DNA of 64,000 nucleotides from Octopus sinensis (Eukaryota): NCBI RefSeq assembly GCF_006345805.1, contig NC_042997.1, positions 162,750,001 through 162,814,000 of the forward strand, read 5' to 3'. Under the pieces are notes generated by a model, which made no database searches, was not told the DNA's origin, and saw only the letters and a program-made list of their open reading frames with translations. Numbering within the stretch: position 1 is the first letter of the stretch; the number at the start of each line of letters is the position of its first letter. Position numbers and translations under genes: made by a program. Below, in pieces: positions 24,287-37,145 of the stretch.

Positions 24287-24993
24287 ACGTATATATGCGT
24301 GTGTATATATATCTATATGAACTTATAAATATATACACGTACATACTTACATACATATTAGATCATACATACATACATACATACATACATAAATACATGC
24401 ATACATACATACATACACTCAGCCTCTAGGTTATTAAGCTTTAATTTCCTCTTTAAAAAAAGAATCAACAAATATTCTTAAAAACTGAAATTTGTTTTCT
24501 TGGCCTTAAACAACAATATATTGTCACGTGTTCAGGCTGAAGTCGCTCAGAAGGTAAAAATGGAAGCTAAATAGAAGGGAAAAGCACTGAATTATATATA
24601 ATGCAATACCTTAAAAGAAAAGTAAAAATAAAGTCAGGAATTTAAAGATTGGTGTATAAAGTGTAAAGAAACCAACATTGTGGTTAACAACAATGAAAAA
24701 GAAAGCAAAAATTCTTTAAAATACATTTTGTAAGACGAAATTTTCAAATAAATAACAAGAACGCACGTTAAATAAAAATGATAGAAAAATAGCAACTTCA
24801 AATTTCTTCGTTAAAAATGTACATATTGCTTCGAAAGTTGTCGTCATAATAGAATTACTGTTTTCTCGTCGTTCGATGGAGAGTGACGTCATAATTATAT
24901 TTCCATATCTTTCCATAAAAATAACAGCTTTCCGGGGTTGTTGTCCGTATTTCAGTGTTGCAATCAGCAACATTTTTTACATTTCATTTTTAG

Positions 24994-25053
24994 TGTTTCG
25001 TGGCCACCCAAATGAAAATGGTTCCACAATTTACTCTCACCTTATGACACGAC
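24994..25053 (+). CDS. Candidate 60-nt internal exon (phase 1-1), FRGHPNENGSTIYSHLMTR; product unknown
   Basis: Polypyrimidine acceptor ttttacatttcatttttAG|, donor |GTAAGC, one open frame of three. Non-repetitive context. No homology recognised. Confidence 0.3.
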
Positions 25054-26045
25054 GTAAGCTTATTACAAGCAACCGAAAGAAAAACACAATCTAATTCCTT
25101 CAAAATCATGTTACTATGGAGAGCGACATTCTCCAACGTTATTGAGTTAGCTACCTTGTTCACGGATTAATGAATGACACGTCCGCCAAGGATCGTGATC
25201 TATCGCTAGGGGGATTCTTTCGTGATAGTGCTTTCGTTTTCGTCAATTAAGAAAGAGTTTCCGTTTATATTGTGTTCAATAATTAGCTTAGAGACTAGAA
25301 AATCTTCATCAGAAAGAAACCTGTCTTGTAGTCCGAATTATATCGTCCGGTCTGAAGCCAGTGGAGAGTTGTGCCAAGAGCCATCTCACGCTTTCATATG
25401 CTAAGTAAGAACGATAAAGCATAACTTCGGACAAAAAAATGGAAGAACATCTAAGAGGTCGCTGGAATGGAGACCATTAAATGTTGCATCTTTCAAGGAG
25501 TTGTTTTTCGACCCACTAAATTGTCATTTAGTTTTCTAAATTGAAAATGTTGAAGAGCTTTAAGCAGCGAATTTGCTGCACCTATTGACTTCTAAGTCAC
25601 GTCAACACTTACCTTAGGACATAATAGTTGTATGGAAACAGAAATTGTAAGAAAGGAGTGAAGAAAGAGCATGGACGGACAAATAAAACAGGCATAGGGA
25701 GCAATGGAGAAGAAAGAGCGAAAAAGGAATGAAAAAGCAGAGAGAGATGGCGAAAGAAAGAGAACGAAAGAAAGCAGAAACAGTGAATAAAAGGATGAAT
25801 AAAGAAAGGAGAAATATGAGGAATAGATTATGTTTGAAGGGATGCTGTGTTAGAAATAAACGAGAGACTGTCAACGATATACAGCAATGGAACACAGAAA
25901 ACAAACTTGATTAACAAAAATGAAAACCACTACCGCCATCACCACCACCACCACAACTACCACCACCACCACCACCACCACAACCACTACCACCACCGCC
26001 GCCGCCGCCACTATCACCACTACACCCGCCACAACCACCACCACT

Positions 26046-26226
26046 ATAGGCACAAGGCCAGAAATTTTGGGACAGTGGGCTTGTCGATTACATCGACTTC
26101 AGCGCTCCGCTGGTACTTATTTTATCAACCCAGGAAGGATGACGAAAAGTTGACTTCAGTGGAGTTTGAACGTAAAAAGCGGGAAGAAATACCGCTGAGA
26201 ATTTTTGTCCGACACGCTAATGACTA
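26046..26226 (-). mobile_element. SINE family M, old copy
   Basis: Diverged central domain and ggccttgtgcctata tail on the minus strand. Confidence 0.7.
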
Positions 26227-26235
26227 AGTGATCAC

Positions 26236-26302
<67 letters not shown>

Positions 26303-26399
26303 GGCCAGAATTTTTTTAGGGCAGGAGGCCAGTTGTGATAGACGTTATCTAGAAAATACGAAACATCTCTGGCATATAACCATAAAACACATGGGGCAG

Positions 26400-26830
26400 A
26401 CCATCAAAACCGAGTGATTTGTTCCTTGTTTAACCACTCAATATTTCTTGCTTCGCAGTTGCCGTTATTAACCTTTCGCAGACCCTTGCTTTTCTTCCGA
26501 GAGTTACGGAAAACCTTTGGGGTAAGCAGTAAAGTCCATAATTCTCTGACCTGTCGCTTCCTCTCAAGAGTTGAACAAAGAGCTGCTGGAAGGCCGCACA
26601 CGTTTGCTTGAAACCGCGCAGTACGCCCATCCTGATCTGTCAAAGACTGAATTGTGGCTTTGTTTCCACATTGCACTGGCACCACCCGAGCCTATCGAAT
26701 GACTTTCGTTCCTTCTTGTTTTGGTGCACGAGCCCTAGCTCTGACAACGCAGCCTTCGTGCTTCGCATTCAAGAAATGGTCGCGGGCCATCTTGCTGCTG
26801 GCACTTTTGTCGCGGCACTACTTTTTATTG
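26400..26830 (-). mobile_element. Decayed Gypsy-like pol (integrase zinc-binding region) fragment
   Basis: Minus strand RDHFLNAKHEGCVVRARARA resembles the R..IL..LHEGH.G..RTK..AR motif. Heavily frameshifted, no LTR seen. Confidence 0.45.
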
Positions 26831-27017
26831 CCTTTTCTAGTTTATTAACTAGCTCTTCTTCCCATCTGTTTTTCTCTATCACTTGCTCTTTACATATTTA
26901 ATTGCTCTCTTCAGGGTTTTCCATCACCTGTTATTGACTATTGTCCCTATCTAATGCAGGTTAACTAAATCGCTAATCCGGTCTCTGTAGTCTTTTCGCG
27001 TCGAGAAAGACGCACTG

Positions 27018-27109
<92 letters not shown>

Positions 27110-27124
27110 AATAATAATAATAAT

Positions 27125-28180
27125 GTCTAGTACAGAAGACTGGATGCTGCGGTTTGTGTGCAACACGAAAGCAGCAAAAAATCACGTTCTGTTGTCAAGG
27201 AAGCTTACAAATTCGCAAGGGAACTCGGCATCAACCCTGAATTAGATGAACCTGAAACCACTGCCACCAAACAAGCAAACCGGATCAAACAGACTGTAAA
27301 AAAGAACGGAGAGAAACAAATTGGGGGTGGGGTGGAGCCAGAAGCTTCTGCAGGGACAGTATATACTCCGAAGCCGAAATGTTGATGTAGACCAAGCAAC
27401 AACTCATCAGTGGATGAGAGGTTGAGGACTGAAAGCAGAGACTGAAGGTTTCATATTAGCAGCACAAGACCAAAGCTTGCTTAAAGAAAACTACCAGGCT
27501 AATGTTCTTCAAAACGGTTCTGACCCTAAATGCAGATTCTGCGATAAATTTGATGAAACAATAGACCATCTTGTCTCTGGATGTCCTATGCTGACCCCAA
27601 ACGAATACAAATTTAACACTCCTGCTAACTGGTATGAACATCATCCTCAGCCAGTCAGTGAAGGTAAAATTTTTACCTTCTTCTGGGATTTTCCAGTCAA
27701 CACCGACAGAACGATCCAGGTTAATCGACCAGACATAGTCATTAAAGACCGAGACGGAAATACTTGTAGATTAATAGATGTAAGTGATCCCACTGATGAA
27801 AATATATCTGTAAAGGAATTTGACAAATTAAGTAAATACAAGGACCTGGAAATTGAAATACAAAAGCGAGAACTGTTCTGGTTATTGTGGGTACCCTAAG
27901 TATGATAAGAAAGGGATGTCAAAAACATCTAGATAATATCCCAGGAGAATCATGTCTCAGAGAAATCCAAAAGATTGTTCTAACTAGTACTGCCCACATC
28001 CTTAGAAAAACCCTATCAGTTTAAATGTTTGTATTATATTACATGAAGATATTTCACTACTGCCCCTGCCACTTCCCTTTCCGAAGATTTCAGTCATACT
28101 GTAACATCTTTTATTCTTCACTCGCCCTAGGACGTTGGGTGTATCTCGGCAAGTGATTGTAACAAACATACAGATTAAAA
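27125..28180 (+). mobile_element. RLE-type (R4/Dong-like) LINE, 5'-truncated, between (TAA)n tracts
   Basis: GLKAETEGFILAAQDQSL, CRFCDKFDETIDHLVSGC, FFWDFPVNTD..RPDIV..ID and KLSKYKDLEIEI. Stop near 28021, then 3'UTR. (TAA)n at 27018-27124 and 28181-28253. Confidence 0.9.
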
Positions 28181-28205
28181 GTAAATAATAATAATAATAA
28201 TAATA

Positions 28206-28255
<50 letters not shown>

Positions 28256-28449
28256 TATGATAAAGTTTCGAACAAGAATGTCGTGAATTTTCCACACAGT
28301 GATAATAGCATATCGGTTCCGTCGGCATTCCAGAGAGGTCGTAATACGAGAATCTGTTCGCAGTGGTTGAAGTCTGTAACATTATTTCTTTGAATTTCTT
28401 TATTACCCACTAGGGGCCAAACATAGAGTTGGACAAAACAACTGATGAG

Positions 28450-29880
28450 ATCAGTGAAACGGTAAGAGTTTACATATAATATGGTTTTAAAATGAATACA
28501 ATATATAAAAATCGAATGAAATAAACAATATAAAAGACAATACAAATGAAGCGCTGATCAGGTCACGCTCCGACCCCACAAGCCCCGATCTACCGCTGGT
28601 ACCTTTTTATATTTTCTTTTTGACCAGTCTATTCACACGGTTCCTTGCACGCCCAACACTCAAGCAACATGCTTCCATCTCTTTTGGAGCGTACACTCCG
28701 ACAGACATTTCTTCTCCGGCCACAGCTTCCTTTTTAAATGAAAAGAAAAGAAAGATCGTAAATTGTGACCAGAGATAAAGTTGCCTGTCTTAATTCCTTT
28801 TACCCTAGTCTTCCATACTGCCTCTTTTGCTATTGCTACAACCGTGAGAAAGCAATTCTTACCTTCGTTCGTTAGAACTCCCGGTGGGTCAATTTTTATA
28901 ATTGACTCAGTCGAGAGCTGTACTCTTCCTTCGCCGGACAACAGGTGCTCAGCATAAGCCCACATTTCCGTTATCTCCGGACACTGAACAATGGCGTGAG
29001 GAACGGTTTCCCTGTCCCCTCGCATCTTGGACAGGTCGGCGACTGGTGTCCACCATGTCTTGCGAGCTTATCCCGAACGGGCAAGGCATCTCTGTAACAT
29101 TGCCAGGTTAAAGACTTTTGGAAATTGTCTAACGTTCTCAACCCGAATGTACGGTAAAACAGGCTGTCCAGTTGAATAAATCCGAGACCTAGAGTCGACT
29201 CCAGGTCATCGTCGCATTTAGACGCTACCAACCCACTATATAAGAACCGTGTGGAACCCCCGCCGCTGGCATTGCCCGAGTGCCGGAATAGCAGGAGGGC
29301 CTTACGGTACTCTTTCTGCCACTTACTCGACCTCGATCTACGAGAACACCAGGCTTCCTCTTCACAAAAACTTTTGAATTCAGGGAACATTTGTCTGGCC
29401 AGCGGAGACCACACCCGTTCACTATCCAGGTGAGTCCAGAGGTGCCTCACTCTCAACGCATGTCTGCGCATCATTAACCAAGGCATCCCTAAACCTCCCT
29501 TTAAAGGCTTTTGGCAACAGACAGAGCGTTTCACAAGTGGCAACTTGCCCTCCCACAAAAAGCGAAAGAGCTGTCTCTCCAACTTGGTCAACCTCGAATC
29601 CGGACAGGGCACGACGGTCAGGCGGTAGGTAATGACCGATGCGATAAACACAATGGCCACCTCCGCCCTCCCTTTCAGAGATAGCCACCGCCAAGACCAG
29701 GTCTTGACTACTGCAACCACCCTGCTCAAGACCTCCGTCCAGTTCTTCTCTATCTGGAGGCCTGGTCCAAACCAGACTCCCAGCAACTTAACCGGTCCAT
29801 CCGTCCATCGCCCCACAACTCTGTCTTGTAAAATTATTTCTTTGATGAATGATCTTTTGCAATCTCTCTAACTGCTAGGT
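28450..29880 (-). mobile_element. Tx1/L1-clade LINE, 5'-truncated ORF2 C-terminus
   Basis: VKLLGVWFG, W..RWLSLKGRA, FLWEGK, GGLGMP, W..YRDALPVRDKL and TCPRC..ETVPHAIVQC (zf-RVT-like). One frameshift near 29000, stop at 28660. Confidence 0.9.
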
Positions 29881-29986
29881 AAACACTGGGCTGCTAAGAG
29901 ACCAAATTTCCGCTTATGTTGTGTTCAATAGTGAGCTTAACATACATACACACATACATATATACATACATACATACATACATACA

Positions 29987-30018
<32 letters not shown>

Positions 30019-30721
30019 CATGCAGACGTAGAAATTACGTAAATTACGTCATAATTTCCTATGACCTAAGAAAAAAAATTGAAAAAGCTTTTCTCCCTTC
30101 AATTCTGTTGTTTTCAGAAGAAATACATTTTTAATCAAATGCACACACGCATACGCACATACATCAAACACACGCACACGCACATAGAGATACTTTCACC
30201 GATACATGCATACGTATTCAGATACGCACATACACTCACACATCTACAAACATATACATATGCATTCACCTATATATCGAAGGCTGAAATGTAATCAAAA
30301 ATAAATTGATATACCACATAACAAAAGTTTAATATTTTTAGAATATATTTATTTACCATCCCACATTGGGAGAAATCGTACATATATATATTTATGTATA
30401 ATTGTATAAAGCAAAAATGCTAGTTCAAAAATCTCTCTAGCGGACAAGGTGTTCAGTACTGAGGGATGGCAGAGATAGTCCGAAACCAGGACTGGTTTAC
30501 TGGTCTCGTCGCTATGGGATGGTAGGGGTTCGCTCCTCTGCTCGCAATTTTATCGGATGCAACTGTACATCGTTAACCAGCTAGAGGAAATGTCTTCTTG
30601 GGGTTAAAAAGCCGCCGTAGAGTCCGCTGGAGAAATAATATTTTTTTAAGATAGTGATTGGCTATAGGGGTCCATCAGAGTAAAATAGGAACTAAAAGAG
30701 ATCATAGTCAACAAATGGTCG

Positions 30722-31042
30722 AGAACCAATGATTTCGTCAGTTACATTGGTATTGTTGTTGTTTGTTCCTTCTCGAGCCACGCCTGGCTCATAGGGCTGG
30801 TTTGCCAGTTTCCTTGGCGTATAGGTTCCCCACCTGGACGGGACGCCGGTCCGTCGCAGGTGAGCAGCAAGATCCAGGAGGAAAGTGTGAGAGAAAGTTA
30901 TGGCGAAAGAGTCAGCAGAAGTACGACATTACCTTCTGCCGGAGCCGCGTGGAGCTTAGGTGTTTCGCTCTTAAATACACACATCGTCCGGTCTGAGATT
31001 CGAACTCGCGATCCTTCGACTGCGAGTCCGCTGCTCTAATCA
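30722..31042 (-). mobile_element. tRNA-derived SINE with V-domain-like core
   Basis: Head gtggaggcacatggtctagtgattagagc, B-box gagttcgaatc, cctgcgacggaccggcgtcccgtccagg, (aac)n tail. Confidence 0.8.
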
Positions 31043-31087
31043 CTAGACCATGTGCCTCCACACATTGATATATAAATATATTATATA

Positions 31088-31220
31088 CTCCGCCGAGGTC
31101 GACATTGCCTTTTTTCCTTTCGGGGTTGATAAATTAAGTACTAGTTGCATATTGGGATCGATCTAATCGACTGGCCCCCTCCCCCAAAATTTCGGGCATT
31201 GTGCCTAGAGTAGAAAAGAA
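31088..31220 (+). mobile_element. SINE family M, 5'-truncated
   Basis: ccgccgaggtcgac..gggcattgtgcctagagtagaaaagaat. Confidence 0.8.
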
Positions 31221-31607
31221 TATATTATATACTGTTTGTGTACGGATCACTTAATCTGCCCTGCTATGCCACGTACACATTACATCACAATCGCACGACA
31301 GTCAGGGGAGATGTAGTTCGGAATCCATTCACTGGGCTCTTTTACTTTTCTTTATTTACTTGTAATTTTTTTTGTAATCTTAGAATTTTTGCTTTAAATC
31401 TTAGAATTTTTTGTTTTTAAATCTTAGCAGATAATTCATTCATACTTGAAAATCGTTTGTAGGCCACTGCATGTCGTAAGAAATAATGCTTCAGTTGTGC
31501 TCATGACCACACGTTGTAAGGTATATTCAAGATTAAAGAAGTATTTGCTCCGAACATGTTTTGGTATTCAAATATTTAAAGACTTTGGTGAAAATGAATC
31601 GGATATA

Positions 31608-31825
31608 TGAGGGTGTGCTGAAAAGTTCCTGGCTTTAAGGGTATCACCAAAGGCTTGGTTGGAGACCTAACCTTCCGAGTTCTTTTACAAGGCTTGTAAA
31701 AACTGAAGGACCACTGCAGTAAGTGTGGGAATCTGAGAGGGGAATAAGTTGGATAAAATCATAATTAAGTGATCCCCCTGTATTTCCTTTTATCCAAAGC
31801 CAGGAACATTTTCAGCACCCCATTG
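31608..31825. mobile_element. mariner-derived MITE (~218 bp)
   Basis: TIRs gggtgtgctgaaaagttcctggcttt / aaagccaggaacattttcagcacccc. TA at 31606-31607 and 31826-31827. Confidence 0.8.
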
Positions 31826-32054
31826 TATACATGCATTGGTTGGGCGAACAAGAAAGTAAATTCAGTATATAAAACTACGTAGGTGACTCAAGGGACTCAA
31901 GGATAATTGCGTCTGGTGGCAATTATCAAACTAAACTTTAAATCACAAATTTTCTCTCCCATGCTGTAAAAGTTCAATTTTATGATTTGTAACTTAGTTT
32001 GGAAAGTGCAATGCATGAAACTTTAGGCTCTTGAATTACTTATGTAGCTTTGCA

Positions 32055-32250
32055 GTGACCGCATGTGTATCGTTGGAGATTTTCTTTCTCCGTCTTCCCT
32101 TCTTTGAACTTTTTCTATATCTCTGATGAAGAGCTCCGCTCGAAACGTGATATTTTCTTTCTTTTCTTTCCTTTCCTGAGCGTCCAATAACACTGTACTT
32201 ATTCCACGACCTCGCGTTGTTTTTTCTTACTTGTTCATGTTTGGATTGAC
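32055..32250 (+). mobile_element. Short PLE-derived repeat (family B) with hammerhead motif at 32117-32153
   Basis: ATATC-T-CTGATGA-A-GAGC tcc GCTC-GAAACGT-GATAT. Homologous to 54335-54525 and 62255-62460. Confidence 0.65.
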
Positions 32251-32829
32251 TGTGTATGTATGTATGTATGTATGTATGTATGTATGTATGTATATGTATG
32301 TATGTATGTATGTATGTGTGTGTGTCTGTGTATGTTTTGTGTATGTGTATGAGTGTATGTATATATGTATGTGTGTGTGTATGTATGTATGTATGTATGT
32401 ATGTATGTATATGTGTGTGTATGTTTGTATGTATGTGTGTTAGTTAGTTAGTTAGTTAGTTAATTTGGCTCAAAAGCAAATAGCAAGGCCATGCATGTAT
32501 GTGTGTGTATATGTATATATGTATGTATGCAAGCATGGACGCATGCATGCATGTATGTATGTATGTATGTATGCATGTATGTATGTATGTATGTATGTAT
32601 GTATGTATGTATGTATGTATGTATGTATGTGTGTTTGTATTTATGTATGTAGGTTTGTGTGTATATGTATGTATGTATGCATGCATGGACGCATGCATGT
32701 ATGTATATATGTATGTATGCATGTATGTATGCATGTATGTATGTATGTATGTATGCATGCATGTATGTATGTGTGTATGTATGTGTGCATGTACGTAGGA
32801 GTCGTTATATAACAATTACGAACTAGTTT

Positions 32830-33015
32830 GGATATGTGTCTGTGGTAAACATGTTCGCTCCGCAACCACATTGTTTTGAGTTCGGTCCCACTATGTAGAG
32901 TGTTGGGCAAACGTCTTCTACTATAGCGTTGGAATAACCAGTCAGTGGTTTGTGAGAGAAATTAGTAAACGAAAACTATACGGAAGCCCGCCATGTATGT
33001 ACACATATATGTGCG

Positions 33016-33050
<35 letters not shown>

Positions 33051-33245
33051 TGTATGTCACCTGTGTCTGTCATTACGTTGGCACCTATTAAAATCACTTC
33101 TCCTTTTATGACTTGTAAGCGGTTCGGCAAATAAATCAATCAATAAGTTAGGCTTCAAAATTAAAATAAATACTGGGATCGACAAAATTGGCTGAAACCT
33201 TTTAAGGCGATACCCCCAACATGGCTCCAGTCCAAGCAGAAAAAT
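32830..33245 (+). mobile_element. SINE family K, old copy
   Basis: aaccacattgttttgagttcggtcccact..ttgggcaaacgtcttctactatagc. Confidence 0.75.
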
Positions 33246-34044
33246 AAAAGAAATATTTCATAAGTTATCCGGAAAAACTACAATCGTGCTAATATGAAAA
33301 TAAACTGCTTTCATACGATGTTATTTCTTTATGTATTTATCTGGTTACAAAGTACACTCACCAACCGTAAAAGAAATATTTGGTGTAAACTTATGTTAAT
33401 GAAGCCAAATCGAATTTCACCTGACTGCAAGTGTTACTTATTCTATTGGTAGCTATCACAAAGCTAATTGTACTAGTATTGTCTGGAAATTTTAACAACA
33501 TTTATTCTGTACACATTACTAAATATGTCATCAAAGAAGATTTTTCACTAGAATTTATCCATAACAAATTCAACTGAATTCTTATTTCTGAAAAGAAAAG
33601 AGGAAAAAAAATTTTCTTTTATTCGAGTAATGTTAAAATTAAACTATAAAGCTTTTTCAATGTTTCCTAGCAATATAACTATAAAAATAAATTTACTTTT
33701 TCCATGAGATATTTTTTTGTAAACTAATATTAATTTAGTAAAATACACAGTAAAATATATTTTTGAAACCGTCTATCTTGGCTACATGCTAAGTATAAAA
33801 AAAATTCAATTTCTTCAGAATTTGCTGACTGCACAGTAAAATCTATTGGTACGAGGAGTGAAAAAGCTGGCAATTTGGATTAAGACTTGTGTTTGGAATC
33901 CCATGGCCTATTGAGTTGTAGCTCCACTATAGATTTTGTCTTTGAGTAATCTGCATGTCATCACCCTCTAAGCCAGAATACACCGATCTTTTTACTTTTG
34001 ATGAACCTTTGAAGTGCAGTACATTCCATATTTCGGAATTTTAC

Positions 34045-34372
34045 TCTCTCTTTTACTCTTTTACTTGTTTCAGTCATTTGACTGCGGCCATGCTGGAGCA
34101 CCACCTTTTATTAGTACTTATTCTATCGGTCTCTTTTTGCCGAACCGCTAAGTGACGGGGACCTAAACACACCAGCATCGGTTGTCAAGCAATGCTAGGG
34201 GGACAAACACAGACACACAAACACACGCATACATATATATATACATATATACGATAGGCTTCTTTCAGTTTCCGTCTACCAAATCCACTCGCAAGGCATT
34301 GGTCGGCCCGGGGCTATAGCAGAAGACACTTGCCCAAGATGCCACGCAGTGGGACTGAACCCAGCAACGCCG
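34045..34372 (-). mobile_element. SINE family K, young, 5'-truncated
   Basis: Close match to 23758-24168. Confidence 0.9.
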
Positions 34373-34730
34373 GGTCATAGTGCTAATGCATACACATACA
34401 GCTGCGTGCATGCGCACATACACGCGAGTACTGTCCAAACCTCCGACCAGTCACATAAATCTAGCTGGCATTCAATTGGCGTATCAAGTTTCGGGCATTT
34501 TGATTGGGATTTGGATAGAAAATTCACAAAAATATCACTTCTATTGATTTTTTTAATGGCTTTGCGGGGTGACTGGAGAAATATAAAGATGTGCACGACC
34601 ACCCTTGGACGGTTTTGAATGACTATAGAAAGTGCGAGCCCTCTAACTGAAAACTTGTGGATTTGTATAAAGGATACACACACACACAGAGGCAGACATT
34701 TTGCCGTTTATATATATATATATACATATA

Positions 34731-34909
34731 CAGTAATCCCTCGCCATATCACGGTTCACCTATCGCGCACTCTGTACATCGCGTATATCGCGGAATCCTC
34801 AGTACATCGCGGGTTTCTGCGGCCGATAGGCATTTATATCTTTTTAGACTTGAATTATTTCTATGGGAGGTTTTGGAACGTAACACCCGCGATAGTCGAA
34901 GGATTACTG
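34731..34909. mobile_element. Tigger/pogo-type MITE (179 bp)
   Basis: TIRs CAGTAATCCCTCGccatatc.cgg / ccgcgatagtCGAAGGATTACTG. TA at 34729-34730 and 34910-34911. Confidence 0.85.
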
Positions 34910-35168
34910 TATACATACTACATACATACATACATACATACATACATACATACATACATGCATACATACATACATACATACACATATATATATATATAAG
35001 GTCAATATATGTATGTATATATATATATATATATATAATATATATATATATATATAATATATATATATATGTGTGTGTGTGTATGGGAGTGTGTGTGTAT
35101 ATTTAGATAGATAGATAGTGAGAGAGGGGGGGAGAGAGATACACACACACACACACACACACACACAC

Positions 35169-35217
<49 letters not shown>

Positions 35218-35534
35218 ACCTTTTCCTTTTCTGTCATAAATTAATATTCTATGAGAGATTTAACTCAAAACTGTTTTTGAAAGGTTTGACAATGCTAAAT
35301 CTACGCAACGCCATAAAGAAGGTTTAAGAAATTTCATTTTAGCAAACCAAGACAAATGCATTTGCGTCACACTTGTCTATTTATCACTAATTTTCGGGAT
35401 TGGGCTCAGAGTCTAATCTGTCTCTCGACATAGCTATAAGCTGGTTCTGTATTCCACGTGATTGTCACCAGAGGTTTGGGTGTTAACTGGAGCCTAAAGT
35501 ATTTTCTGATCCGTGTATTAAATACACGCAGAAC

Positions 35535-36448
35535 AGAGCGAGCCGGCAGAATCGTTAGCAGGCCGGGCAAAATGCTTAGCAGCATTTCGTTCGCCTTTAC
35601 GTTTTGAGTTCAAATGCCGCCGAGGTCGATTTTTGCCTCTCATTCTTTCGGAATCAAACACAGAATACTACTGTTCCTATGTTTTTTCACTCATTCGGGG
35701 TATCATATTTTATATTAAAGATTTTACACTCTCCAAGTAATTTCTGCAACTATACAGAACACTGTTATAAACGTAACCTTTCTCGAAATTGCTGGCCTGG
35801 TGCCAACATTTTAAATCAATATTTTGCGTGGGAGTTAAGTCGGTGAGCTGGCTGAAACGTTAGCACGCTGGGCGAAATGCTTAGCTGTATTTCGTCTGCC
35901 GTTACGTTCTGAGTTCAAATTCCGCCGAGGTCGACTTTGCCTTTCATCCTTTCGAGGTCGATAAATTAAGTACCAGTTACGCACTGGGGTCGATGTAATC
36001 GACTTAATCTGCTTGCCTGTCCTTGTCTGTCCTCTCTTTGTTTAGCCCCTTGTGGGTAGTAAAGAAATAGGTATTTCGTCTGTCTTTACGTTCTCAGTTC
36101 AAATTACTCCGAGGTCGACTCTGCCTTTCATCTTTTCGGGGTCGATAAATCAAGTACCAGTTAGTACTGGGGTCGATCTAATCGACTACCCCCCCACCAC
36201 CACCACCACCATAAAAAAAAAAAAATTCGGGCCTTGTGCCTAGAGTAGAAAAGAATCGTTAACACGCCGGGCAAAATGTTCAGCAGCATTTCGCCCTTCT
36301 TTACATTCTGAGTTCAAATTCCGCCGAAGCCGACTTTGCCTTTCATCTTTTCTAGGTCGGTAAAGTAAGCTCTAGTTGAACACTGGGGTCGTTGTGATCC
36401 ACTCATTCCCTTCTCTGAACATGCTGGCCTTGTGCCAAATTTGAAACC
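35535..36448 (+). mobile_element. Cluster of same-orientation family M SINEs (partial 35535-35650, dimer 35838-36250, copy 36258-36448)
   Basis: Four repeats of gagttcaaat(t/g)ccgccgaggtcga-like head and central segments. Confidence 0.85.
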
Positions 36449-36544
36449 AATATTCCAGGTGCAATTTTGAACATTTAAAAAATGCTAAATTCTAGTATAG
36501 CTTCTAGCACTTACTGCAGCCTCCGCTGTTGTTGCTGCTGCTAC

Positions 36545-37055
36545 CCCTCCTCTTCTTCCTCTTTCTCCTCGTCTTCCTCCTCGTCTTCTTCTTCGTCTTC
36601 CTCTTCCTCGTCTTCTTCCTCTTCCTCCTCGTCTTCCTCTTCCTCCTCGTCTTCTTCCTCTTCCTCTTCGACTTCCTCTTCGTCTTCCTCTTCCTCCTCG
36701 TCTTCCTTGACTTCCTCTTCGTCTTCTTCGTCTTCCTCTTCGTCTTCTTCCTCGTCTTCCTCCTCGTCTTCCGCTTCGTCTTCCCCCTCGTCTTCCGCTT
36801 CGTCTTCCCCCTCGTCTTCCTCCTCGTCTTCCTTCTCGTCTTCCTCCTCCTCCTCTTCGTCTTCCTCTTCGTCTTCCTCTTCGTCTTCCTCTTCGTCTTC
36901 CTCTTCGTCTTCCTCTTCGTCTTCCTCTTCGTCTTCCTCCTTGTCTTCTTCGTCATCCTCCTCGTCTTCTTCTTCGTCTTCTTCCTCGTCTTCCTCCTCC
37001 TTCTCATCCTCTTCCTCCCCTTCCTCCTCATTTTCCTCCCCTCCCCCTCCTCCTC

Positions 37056-37122
<67 letters not shown>

Positions 37123-37145
37123 AACCACGAATGCTGCTGCTGCTG
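36545..37145. repeat. Compound repeat: ~12-nt (TCGTCTTCCTCT)n followed by (ACT)n
   Basis: Directly visible. Confidence 0.9.

Noticed and set aside
28441-28470. CTGATGAGATCAGTGAAACGGTA as a hammerhead
   Set aside because: No usable stem II or stem I. ACTGAT/ATCAGT simply hairpins over the core, at the end of the Tx1-like 3'UTR.
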